In this document: positions 50,056-61,611 of the stretch, in pieces | Layout of the letters: every line of letters begins with the position of its first letter | How positions within the stretch are numbered: position 1 is the first letter of the stretch | Assembly (NCBI GenBank): GCA_001179505.1 | Contig: CDMY01001052.1 | Location: 62,001-126,000 of the forward strand | Direction: 5' to 3' | Source of the DNA: Vitrella brassicaformis CCMP3155 | Taxonomy: Eukaryota; Protista; Chromerida | Length of the DNA: 64,000 nucleotides | Notes under the pieces: generated by a model | Databases searched by the model: none | What the model saw: the letters and a program-made list of their open reading frames with translations, nothing else | What the model was told of the DNA's origin: nothing | Translations under genes and position numbers: made by a program

Positions 50056-53000
50056 TCATTGGCCATTTTGTGCCTTGGCAGCGGCGGCAGCGCCCCCGAG
50101 TCTGCCGCCGCTCATCATGGCGGCGGGGTCGAGCTTCGTCGACACGGCCGACATGGGCTTGCTCTTGCCATCCTGCACACACACACACACACACACAGTG
50201 ACACGAACGAGCCCCCGGCTGACTGACCTACCGGGATTTTGATGAGGACGAGTGCCCTCTTGCCCGGCCAGTAGACCTGGTCAACACGGAAGTACCCTCG
50301 CCGTTCAAGCTGCATCACCGAATCTGACACACCGACCCAACAGGCAGTCCACAGCCAATTGCACGCCCTGTGGGTGGTTGTGGGTGCCATTCATCCTTTC
50401 GTGTGTCGGCACCTTCTTTGAGGTGTTTGAGCAGAGGGTCGCCCATGGCCGCGGTGTCGAATTGGCTGTTGCGGTTCGCCTGAAGGGAGGGAAGCCGCCA
50501 TCCATCCATCCATCAGAGCACAAGTTTATATGTCAGATACACGGCTGCCGCGCTGACCAGGTCTTGGATCTTGTCGTCCTCCTCAGGTTTCTTCTTGGAG
50601 ATGATGTGATCGTACTCACGCAACACACACGGGGCTAGCTGATACACACGCCACACATGTTCACATATATATATCCGTGTTGTGTTTGGGGGGGTCGCTC
50701 AATCACTCACTGACTCACTGACTGACGCAATGCAACGCACTCACTCTTGTGTCGAGAGCCGGCAGCCAGTGGAGTTTCTTCTTGGTCTTCTTGACGTCGC
50801 CATCCAAGTGAAGATGGCCTGGTCATGACATCAAGGAAGGACCACACACAGACAGACACACGGCCAGGTCAGCCAATCAGCTGTCTGATAGCATTCGAGT
50901 TAGTCGAGTACCGCACCCTCCATGTGTGTGACGTTTCCTTCGCCGTCCTTGTCGATCCGGTCGACCACGCAGTTCCCCCAACGCATCAACGTCACCTGAA
51001 TGAAATGAGGGACACACACACGTTTGCAACATCAGACAAAGACGCCACTCCCTCCCTCCCTCACTGCCTGCCTGCACGACTGCGTGCGCATGTTTGTTGA
51101 CCTACCTCTTCGCCCTGCTCGCAGAGTGCCGCATCGTCCTTCTCGATGAGCACGTTCTTGTAGACGAAGTAGGCGGCCTCGCCCACCTCGGCGGTCTTCG
51201 GGTGCAGCGGACGCACTCGCGCCAGTGGCTCAGGGGGGCCGTCCACCAGATGGAACAGCACCGCATCGCCTGACCACACCACCACATCAGCCTCATGTGT
51301 GGCTGTGCTGTGCTGTGTGCGTGTGTGGTGTGGTGTGGTGTGGTGTGGTGACTGACTCCCGACGGCCGAGTATCTTGGGACGATTGGGTCGATGATCTGT
51401 TTGTTCTTGGTCCACAGCTTGTCCCACTCCATCAGGTTGTTGGCCTTGGTCGGGCCCTGCTCGTCGATGAAGTCCCACAGCGCCTTGACCTGCAGGCCGC
51501 GCCGAAGCATACCTGAGTGAGAAGAAAGAACCAACGACAGACAAGCAAGTGGACAGACAGAGCCACGGACACGCCTCTGCAGATAATGCACAGCACACAG
51601 ACAGACGGCTGACCCTACCCTGGACAGTGGGGAAGCGTGGGTCTTTCCAGCTGTCGACGATGCCCTCATCCACAAACCACTGTAGCTTCCGCTTTGACAA
51701 CACTGACACAGACACACCGACACACACACACAGAGGGAGGACAGTATCAACCACCCCTCCCTCCCTCCCTCCCTCTAGTCTGAGTCTACCAGTGTTGACA
51801 AAGTTGAGCCTCGAGAACTCGAGAACGTGCACGTCACGCAGCCCACACGCCTGCAACATCTGAAACGAACGAAAACGGGCAGACAGGGAGAGAGGCGTCA
51901 AACACCCACCCAATCGCCTCTGTCTGCGCGCACGCACGCACCGTACGTACCCATTTGTATTGGTCGTATCTGTCGGCGTATTCGCTGGTGCGCATGGCGT
52001 GTGTGACGCCCTCCAGGGCGTCCACCACAGGGCAGCAGAAATCGTACATCGGATAAGCCGTGAAGGCCGTCTCTGGGCAGGCCAGGCCAACCACACACAC
52101 ACACACACACACGAGGGGGCATACATTTCATTTGTGTGGGTGGAGGGGGGGAAGGGTGTGTGTAGTGTCCAGTCCATGCCATGCCATGACCCTACTTGTT
52201 CTGTGGTGCGGTATGTCAGTGACGCATCGGTAGACGGCCGGGTCGCGCATGCACTTGTTCTTGGCCTGCATGTCGATCCTCGCACGCACGCAGCACTCCT
52301 GGCCCTTCGGGGTGCCCTGAACGGACCAACGCACCAACACCACACACACACCAACACACACCAACACTCGAGCCGGCTCATCTACGTATGTCTGTTGGGT
52401 GTGTGTGTGTGTGTGTGTGCCTGTGCCACTGACTGACCTTGAGCATCTCGTCCCAGAGCTTGAGGTTGTCCTCCACGGTGTTCTGCCGGTTGCGGCTCTC
52501 GATGCCCTCACCACGCTCCAAACGCATCTATGGCACACACACATACAGACACACATATGGTCGGCTGGGAGTGGCAGTGGTGCGTGCCGGCCGTCGGTCG
52601 CTCACCTGCTCCTGCGGCGTGTCGTCGACGTAGGCCTTCCCTGGCGACAAAACACACGCGCACACAGGCCACACAGGAGTGTGTGTGTGTGTAGGTTGGT
52701 TGGTTGTGTGTTTGTTGCCTCACTCACCTTCCTTGATGAGCTTGGTGCACATGTCCTGCAGCTGCGGGAAGTAGTCCGACGTGAAGGACACCTTGTCCTG
52801 CACCACAGCACACCACACCACACACAGGCAGTCCATTCATTCACAAAGCAAGGCGGCCGCTCCCTCCGGTATGTCTGCTCTGGCTGACCGCCTTGATGCC
52901 GAGCCGCTTGCAGTCCTCGAGGATCTCTTCCTGGAACTCCTCCTTCTCGCGAGCAGGGTTGGTGTCGTCAAACCTGCCACACAGAGAGGAGAGGAGAAGG

Positions 53001-54454
53001 ACACAGACAGAAGTCCATCCACTGCCTCCCCTCCCTGTCCTGCAATGGGGCCTGGCTGGCTGATGGACAAGGGGGAGAGAGAGAGGGAGGGAGGGAGGGG
53101 GGGGAGGAGTGGTGTGTGTATGTGTGTGTGTGTGTGTGTTTGCTGGGCTGATGCACCTCCAGCCCCATGAAGCCGCACACGCAGAGAGCCTCTCTCTGGT
53201 AAGGTTAGACAGAATCGGCCAAAAAGCCAGCGGACATCCCCCGAGAAGGCCAGCACTCAACAGACAGCCACCTGCCTTCATAAAGACATGCTCTGCAGGA
53301 AAAGGGCAACAGAGGCAGGTCACTGCACAGATCGCTTCACCACACGCGTCTGCTCTCCTTCACCACTGGCTGACCGGGCGAGAAAGACAAAAGAGACATT
53401 CTCTCACCCGCTCCCTGTTCCCTCTCTCTGTAGGCCATTGCACCGCGCAGACACAGACTGACAGCCTCCATCGAGGCCGGTGTCAGCCTGCATTTGCGGG
53501 GGGCCTCATAACGCAGGCGCCATTCGGCCCCAACTGGGGGGCGGCAAGCCCGCCCCAGTCCTACCAGCCGTGCTATACCTGCCTACCAAAGAAGCCAGCC
53601 GGCGAAAAACGGCCGCGGCTCACTCTCTGTCAGAAGCTTATGGGTACTAGGCCTTGTCTGGAGTGAGCATTGCATCCATCCGCTCTCCTGCCTGCCCAGA
53701 GAGAGGTGGCTTTCCATGGCAGCCTGGCTATTCGGTGAAGGTCGGCTGGCTTCGGTCAAAAATCGCCTAGCTGTCCACAAAGAGTCTCGCTGACAGGTGC
53801 GGCGGTCACGGCATGGGGCTGGAGGGAGGTGCATCAGGCGCCAGCAAACACACACCGCACACACACACACACACGCGCACACCCCACTCCACTCCCCCCT
53901 CCCTCCCCTCTCTGTCCCTCCTTGTTTGCTCATCAGATCTATCTGCCTCTCGGCGCCCACTGGCTTGTGTGCAGACTCTCGCCGCCAGTCGCAGTGACCG
54001 ACCTGATGATGAGTGTGCCGTTGTAGCTCCGCGCGTAGAAGTTGTTGATCATGGCCGCCTTGGCGTGACCCACGTGCAGGTACCCGGACGGCTCGGGGGG
54101 GAACCGGACGACCACCTCGCCCATCACACCACCCTCCAGCTTGCCTGCACACACACATAGACAGGGAAGGAGAGGGAGAGGGAGAGGGAGAGGACGGTCG
54201 GGGACTCCGTAATGCGTGAGTCTTTCACCGAATTGGCTGGAAGGCGCTTCGGCGGCCGATTGCCCGCCGCTCGCTGGTCCCTTCTTGTGTGGGTGTCCGC
54301 CGCCTCCGCGGGCAGGCAGCCCGCCGCTGAGTGCCGCGGTGGTCTGCACCACCTTCAGCTCGCAGAGAGTGAGGTGGACGACGGGCTGTCGGTAGACAAA
54401 GGTGAACCACCGCTTCACATGGGGATAGGCCTTCAAGAGGTGGTCCCTAGTGGT

Positions 54455-54487
<33 letters not shown>

Positions 54488-55023
54488 GCACACGCACAGA
54501 AAGCCATATGCATGTGTCTGTCTGTCTCTCTGTGTGTGTGTGTGCTTGTGTGCGGCTCGGCTCACGTCTGGAACTTGCTTTGCTTGCCGATCTTAGCAAA
54601 CACCGCCAGGTCCGCCAGCGACAGCCGCCTGCCGACAATGAAGGTCCGCAGCTTGAGCCAGCCATCCAGCTCGCCAAGAGCACCCCCCTCGCCCCCCCTA
54701 GTCGCCGCCCATTCCACCCAGTGGTCCACGCTCGACATGGCCACACTGCCACTGCCGCCATACAAACCGAGCGTGTCATTGGTCAGCCGCGCCAGCAGCC
54801 GTGCCACTGACTGATCTGAGGCCACAAACGTCTTCTTGGACGGCAGGTCGAGCCTCACCTCGCCATCTGCTGAAGATGACGATGCTGTCGTCTGGTCTAT
54901 GTGGTTGTTGACTTTGAGGTCGCCCTGCCAGTTGACGAGTGCGGCGGTGATGAGGGAGCAGAGGGGGTAGGAGGAGGCATCGGTCGACGAGGGCAGGTGC
55001 AGTGTGTAGGCGTTGCCCGACAT
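50056..55023 (-). CDS. GluRS: Cytosolic glutamyl-tRNA synthetase (eukaryotic type, GST-like N-terminal domain)
   Basis: [19 protein letters not shown] (HIGH motif), [56 protein letters not shown] (KMSKS equivalent), [22 protein letters not shown]. The last exon DGKSKPMS...AQNGQ* ends at 50056. Confidence 0.97.
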
Positions 55024-55191
55024 GACGCAAGTCGATTGACGCCGTGGCCAAGATCTTAGAGGGCCTAGGCCACGGCGGAGCATGCCATAGCCTGCTGCCG
55101 TTTTTGTCGCTGATCTTTGTCGCGCTGATCTTTTCGAGCTCGCCCTCTGAGGCTAAGCTCGCGCGCAGATCTCTCTCCCCCCGCGAGCGCC
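55024..55191. promoter_or_regulatory. Probable bidirectional promoter (GluRS / RRN3) containing a 10-bp inverted repeat
   Basis: 168 bp between divergent ATGs. CGCCGTGGCC (55040-55049) and GGCCACGGCG (55068-55077) are reverse complements. Confidence 0.45.
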
Positions 55192-58100
55192 ATGTACGGC
55201 AAGGGGCACGTCGACCAGGATGCCTTCGCATCCACCACCCAAAGCGCCAGTGCCTCGCAGCCGAATGCGCCAGCGACAAGCAGGGCCAAACAGGCGGCAA
55301 GACAGACCAAGCAACACGCCAAGACAGCCACAAACGGTGCCACAGCCGCTCCCTCGAGCCAGGCGAGGCGCGTCGGGCCGCCGGCAGTCGAGAAGGTCTC
55401 GCCCACCAGGGTGAATGTGGAGCTACTGAATGAGGCGGCGGCACTGCTCGAGAAGCAGGGCGACAAAAGCCGTGAGAATGCCGGCGTTGCCTTCATAGAG
55501 CGGTTCGTCAAGGGCTTCAACTGGTTCATGGCGAGCGATGGCGTGGCCAGGAGGTTCACCAGCCTGCTGCTTGACATGCTGGCGACCAACGGCGATGCCA
55601 CCTCGATGGTGCTCGCGCAGCTTGTCAAGAAACTCAGGATGAGGTGAGTGAGTGGGTGGGTGGGTGGACAGACTGACATTGGATGGATGGATGGATGGAT
55701 GGATGGCTTGATGCTTTCAGGCCGAGTGACGAGGAGCTCGACGCCAAGACACCGACGATTGTCGTCGGTGAGTGAGTAATGAATGACAGAGCGGGAGGGA
55801 CACTCACACACGTCATCCATCTGGCTTGTCGCCTCCCTCTCTCGCTCTCTCTCTCTCTCTGTGTGTGTGTGTGCGTGTGTGTGTGTGTGTTGTGTGTCAG
55901 GTCGGTTTTCGTTTGAGTCCAGGGTGGCCCTGAAGCAGCGGATACGGACCATCATGACCGATGCAGGTACGCAACACAGACAGACAGACAGACAACACAC
56001 TCTGTGTATGTTTCTCTGTGTGTGCGTGTGTGCGTGTGTGTGGCATCCATCCCTTCACACACCTGACCTGTCAGCCGACGGTGAGGATCTGAAGGGCGAG
56101 GATTTCGAGCTCTTGCGAGAGGTCCTGAGGTACCATCCCAGAGCCGACTACAAACAAAAAGGTAAGGCGCGTTTGACGCCCGACGGCCGATCGGCCTCTC
56201 TCTGTGGAGTGGCGATGTGTGTGTGTGTGTGTGTCTGTCTACAGACTGTGTGGGTATCTTCGTGGCCCGCCATCCGAATGTCAAGTTCGACTGCCGGGCA
56301 TTCTTCGTCCGGAGGAGCGTCGGTGAGTTAGTTGAGGGAGGGAGGTAGGGAGCTGTTGAGTCAGGCATGCATTGACCCAACCCAAGCCAGCTCACACCAC
56401 ACCACACCACACACACAAGCCAACGAACACACCACACCACCCTGTGTCTGTCTGCTGCTGCAGGAATGCACGAGGACTTCAGCTACGTCCGGTGTGTGGA
56501 CGGCCTCCCCTCCGCGGACGCCTACGCCTACGAGAGGATATGCGACGCCATCGACCGTGTCTGCAGCTTCTTCCCACAGGCCACCCAGCTGCTGGTCAAG
56601 GTCCTGGGCGACAACCAGCCGCACCACCGCAAGAACGTCGAGGAGCACCAGAACTACACCCGCAGCATGCTCTGGCTCTGCAGACGCAAGCCGCAGATGC
56701 GCGCGGGGATACTCAAGCTCTTCATTGCGAGGCTCATCGACTTCGACGTCGAGATTAAAGAGGTGTTGTCGGGCGTGGTGTGGTGTGCTGTGGTGTGGAT
56801 GGGCGGGTGATGAGTGTGCGTGTGTTGTGTTGTGTTGTGTTGTGTTTGTGTGTAGGACGATCCCAACTCGATAGACATTGAGGAGTACGAGCTGTGGAAG
56901 CGCGAGCAGCTCAACTTCCTCTCTGTCCAGGTGTCCGTCGGCGCCAAAGACCCCGCAGAGGCACAAAAACTCCTGAGTGAGTCAGCCAGCCAGTCAGCCA
57001 AATCACATCACATCACACACACCGACACGTCAACATCAACACTGCCTGACGAATGAGTGAATGAATGCACCGAACCATCCATCAGATGACGAGGAGCGCC
57101 TCCGCCAGCTCTACCGGATGAGGCGGGGCGAGGAGGACATCGACAAAATGGCACAGGGCCTGGGTAAGTCAGTGAGCGACATCAACACGCGTGTACTGTA
57201 CGTGACAATGATTGGCCCATGTCCTCTCCCTCCCTTTCCCGTCTCCATTTCAGACCACCTCATGTCGATGGGCTTCGACTTCCTGCAAGCCGAGCTGCTC
57301 TCGCTCAGCCACAGCCCGCCCGTTAACCCGATCAAACCAGATCCCGACACAGACGGGGCCACACCACCACAGCCACAACAGCCACAACAGCAGCAGCAGC
57401 AGCTGCAGCAGCAGGCCTCCAGTATCAGCAGCAAGAGGGGCCGGGGTTTGAGTGTGGCGCACTGTGAGGGCGACGTGCTCATGGACGAGCTGCTGATGAT
57501 CTTCGAGCAGATCGTCTTGCCCACACACAGGTGAGGTGCCTGCACACACACACACACACACATACACACCCTCAGACAAACAGGGGAGGCGCGTGTGATG
57601 GTGTGGTGGTTGTTCTTTCTTGTGGTCTCTCTCTGTGTGTTGGTTGCATCGCATCAATCCCCTAGGTGCCGTCACACCCAGTTTCTGCTCTTCTACGCGA
57701 CGAGCCTCAAGCCGGCGTGGGCGGAGCGGTTTCTGCAGCTCCTCTTTGACCGCCTCTATGACTCCAACGTATACGTCGCCACGGTACGTGACGTGAATAT
57801 ATGTGTGTGTAAACACCCACAAGCCTTCTCGTCTCTGTGAGTGAGTGCCTTCATCGTCCGTGTGTCTGTCCCTCGTTCGATGCCAGCGTCGCAAGTGCGC
57901 CTTCTACATCGCTTCCTACGTCTGTCGGGCTGAGTTCCTGCCGGTGAGCAACCAGCCAACACCACACCACACCACACCACACCAATGCCAATGGATGCAT
58001 CAGTCAGAGGCAGTGCGTGTGGATGGATGGATGGTCTGGTGGGTTTGGTTTCTCTTGCTTTTTGCCTTTCGTTCCTCTCATCAGCTGGAGTTTTCCCGGC

Positions 58101-60716
58101 AGAGCCTGGTCTACCTTCTGGGGTTCCTGCACCAGCACTGCAACAAACTCGCCATCACCAACACACCCCACAACGTCCGTGAGCCAACAGAACAGCCAGC
58201 CACTGACTTGACCCAACACATCACATCACATCACATCACATCACATCACACACACGCGCCTGTCTCGGGGGGTGAGGTGCACTTCTCTCTCTTGAATCAG
58301 ACGGCGGAGCGGGCGGCAGGTTTATTGCGCGCCGGCAGCGCGTCGGCCTACCCCATCAACCCCGAAGGCAACCGCACCCTCTTCTACGCGGTGTGCCAGG
58401 CCGTCTGCTACATCGTCTGCTACCACGGCGCCGCCTTTATGGCCGACACAAGGAACGGCGGGCTCGACTCCATCCTGCATGGAGAACAGTCGCTCATCGC
58501 CATCTTGCAGAGCCCCTACAGGCCGCTTGCGAACATACGCAAGGGAATCGCCACGTGAGCTGAGTGTGTTTCTGTTTGTTCTGTTTGTGAGGGTGCCGGT
58601 GGGGTGCATGGCGTGGCGCGGCGTGTTGTGCGTGGGTGTGGTTGTCAGGGAGCTGAGGAACTTGTTCCATCGTCTGCCGGGGTACGATTACCTCAGGCCG
58701 CTGTTCGAGCAAGACGCTGCGGTGGGTCGGTGGGCGGACGGGATTGACACACACACACTCCCTGCTCCTTCGTGTCAATCCAATCCACCACCTTGTTTGT
58801 TCTTGTCAGGGCGGCGGCGGCGACCACGGCGGGGGCGAGCTGGAAGCAATGACAGACGACTCATTCGGTGAGGGAGTGCAGCAAACACACCGAAGACCCA
58901 CAGCGGCAGGAAATATCGGAATCCCATGCCGTTGCTCTCTCTGTTTTGGTGGGTGGATGCCTCGCAGATCCTGTGGATGCGATGTTTCCCTTCGGTCCCT
59001 ACCGTCTGCGCCACTCGGTGCGGTTCGTGCAGGACAAGTACCGTGACTACGCCGCGCCCGCCCTGGCAGACATAAAGGCAGAGGGCACCACACAGTTGGC
59101 CCTCCCCGACCAGGCTGCCATCAGGAACACCAGCATGACCAGCAGCTCGGTAAGACATACAGACAGACGTGCTGCTTGACAAGAGGGTGTCTGGATGGAT
59201 GGATGGATGTGCACTCTCTCTCCCTCTGTCTCTCTGTGTGTGTGTGTGTGTGTGTGTGTGTATCAGGGTGGTGGGGTCGGCAGCAGTGAGGGTGGGCGTG
59301 ATTCTGAGGCGCTTGTGGGGATGGAGGAGGCCATTATCTATGAGGAGGAGGATGACACTGAGGGGTTCGATAGGCTGCAGGTACACACATTCACTCTCAC
59401 ACACACGGACCGACAAGAAACGCGTCACTCTTTTCCACGTGTATGTGTGTGGATTGCGCCCTTTTCTTCAGTCCGACCGTCGGGTGACGGCCATGACGGC
59501 GAGTATGTGCGAGGAGGATGACGAGGACGAAGACGCACCCATGTCAGACGACCACGGAGAAGACGAGGACGACGGTAAGAGTAGAGTGTATGCCACGCCA
59601 TGCCATGCAATGCCTTGCCCTATCTGTCGTGACTCCGTTCCTTTCTGCACCCCTCCTGTGTGTGTGTCTGTGTCTGTGGGTGTGCAGTGTTCAGCCCCGA
59701 CCTGAAGCCCTCGGCCTCCTTCTTCCCCCGACCTGAAGCCCTCAGCCCCCTGCTGGCCACCAAGGATGGCGGCCCCATGCTGGCAGACAGCGACCCTGTC
59801 GACGCCACCCAGCACCACGACACACACCACGAGTGCGACATGCAACTCATGGACATTGACGTAAGCGCGCTTGCGAAGGCAACGAGGCGGGCAAGGAGGA
59901 AGGCATGGCAACATTCCCTCGTGTGTGTGTGTCTCTTGGGTGCAGGAGGAGGGCGAAGAGGCGTATGAAGCAGACGAGCCCTTCACGATCGAGCCCTTCA
60001 CGATCGAGCCCTCCGCACACACGCTGTCATCGTCCCTCCGCCAGACCACCCCCCTCCCGCACTCGCCCAACATGTCCCCTCCCCTCCCAGCACTCAACCC
60101 ACCGCACACGCCCGAGTCACCCAAGCCGCCCGAAGGCCCCTCGTCATCTCTCGAGCGCATCCTGCAGTGCCCCGCCTTCAAACGGTCGGGCTTGCGTGGC
60201 ACCAGCAGCAGAGACTCAGACGAGTGTGAGTCACCCGAGAGCCGTCGGTCGAGCCTCCGGGAGCGGCCCTGGAGCTACGACCACAGCCCGGGCCACTCTT
60301 TCCGCAACGACACGCCGGGCAGCTCGGTGCTCGAGACGCCAATGCTGCAGAATGGCGCGACGAAGAGGGAGTTCTCGCCGCCCTTTGAGTCGCTCCCGCC
60401 CCCACTGACGACGTCGACAGTGACAAAGGCAGCAGCCATGGGCGGTATGATGCTGCGGGAGTCGTTCCGGGCGGCCAGCGGCCCGCTCCCGCCCACGTCG
60501 CCGCTGTCACTCAAGGGCAAGATGCTGAACCCTAGGGGTCTCTTCACACATGGCAAGATGCCCACTCAGACGAGACGGCCAGGCCGCAAGAATTCGACAG
60601 GGAGCGAGGGGTCGTCGAGCAGCTGCCTGAGCAGCACCGCAGGCAAGGGCGGCAAGGGCGGGCGGAACAAGGCCGGGCTGGTGAGGAAGACCATGAAGGA
60701 AGATGGCGGCGCATAA
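55192..60716 (+). CDS. RRN3: RNA polymerase I-specific initiation factor RRN3/TIF-IA homolog with inserted DUF3223-like domain and long disordered C-terminus
   Basis: RRN3-like segments: ICDAIDRVCSFFPQATQLLVKVL...NYTRSMLWL...ILKLFIARLIDFDVEIK; ELLMIFEQIVLPTHRCRHTQFLLFY; RRKCAFYIASYVCRAEF; FYAVCQAVCYIVCYH; SLIAILQSPYRPLANI; MFPFGPYRLRHSVRFV. The spliced exons 55900-56500 give the DUF3223-like pattern. Confidence 0.85.
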
Positions 60717-61125
60717 TAAATATGCACAGACAGAGGCAGGTGGGCAGATGGGGAGGTGGGCGGGCTAGACGGTGGTCACAAGAGAGAGAGATGGGACGGG
60801 CCAGCCAGGTCAGCAGCAGCAGGGTGTCTTGCTTGCTCATACAGCAAGGGCGATAAGATCACTCACGCCGCTGTCTGTCTGTCTGTCTGTCTGTCTGTCG
60901 GTTTATGTGGCCGTCAATCCATTCATCCATTCATCCATCCATCCATGCAGTGGTTGGTCGGGGCGGGATAAGGTGTGTGTGGCTCGGCGTGGGGTCTATG
61001 TGCCTGTGGTGTCGGTGAGTGCTGTTTTTTTTTGGTCGTTCGTATCGGTCTCAACGTTGGGCTGGGGGGGATGTTTCTCTCTCAGTTGGGCTGATTGACT
61101 GATTCCATGTCCATGTCCATGTCTC

Positions 61126-61425
61126 NNNNNNNNNNNNNNNNNNNNNNNNNNNNNNNNNNNNNNNNNNNNNNNNNNNNNNNNNNNNNNNNNNNNNNNNNNN
61201 NNNNNNNNNNNNNNNNNNNNNNNNNNNNNNNNNNNNNNNNNNNNNNNNNNNNNNNNNNNNNNNNNNNNNNNNNNNNNNNNNNNNNNNNNNNNNNNNNNNN
61301 NNNNNNNNNNNNNNNNNNNNNNNNNNNNNNNNNNNNNNNNNNNNNNNNNNNNNNNNNNNNNNNNNNNNNNNNNNNNNNNNNNNNNNNNNNNNNNNNNNNN
61401 NNNNNNNNNNNNNNNNNNNNNNNNN
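61126..61425. other. Assembly gap (300 N)
   Basis: Run of N. Confidence 0.99.
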
Positions 61426-61611
61426 GGGGGGGACGGCTGGGAGGGACGGTTGCATGTCGACGACACATCCATCTTGCCTGTCCATCCTGTCTGCCTGTGG
61501 AGTGAAGGAGTGAATGAATGGCTGGCTCATGGCCCAGAGACGTGCCACTCCACTTTTCTGTCTCTCTGTCAGTCAGTCAGTCCCCTATCTGTCTAGATGT
61601 CTATATATTCC

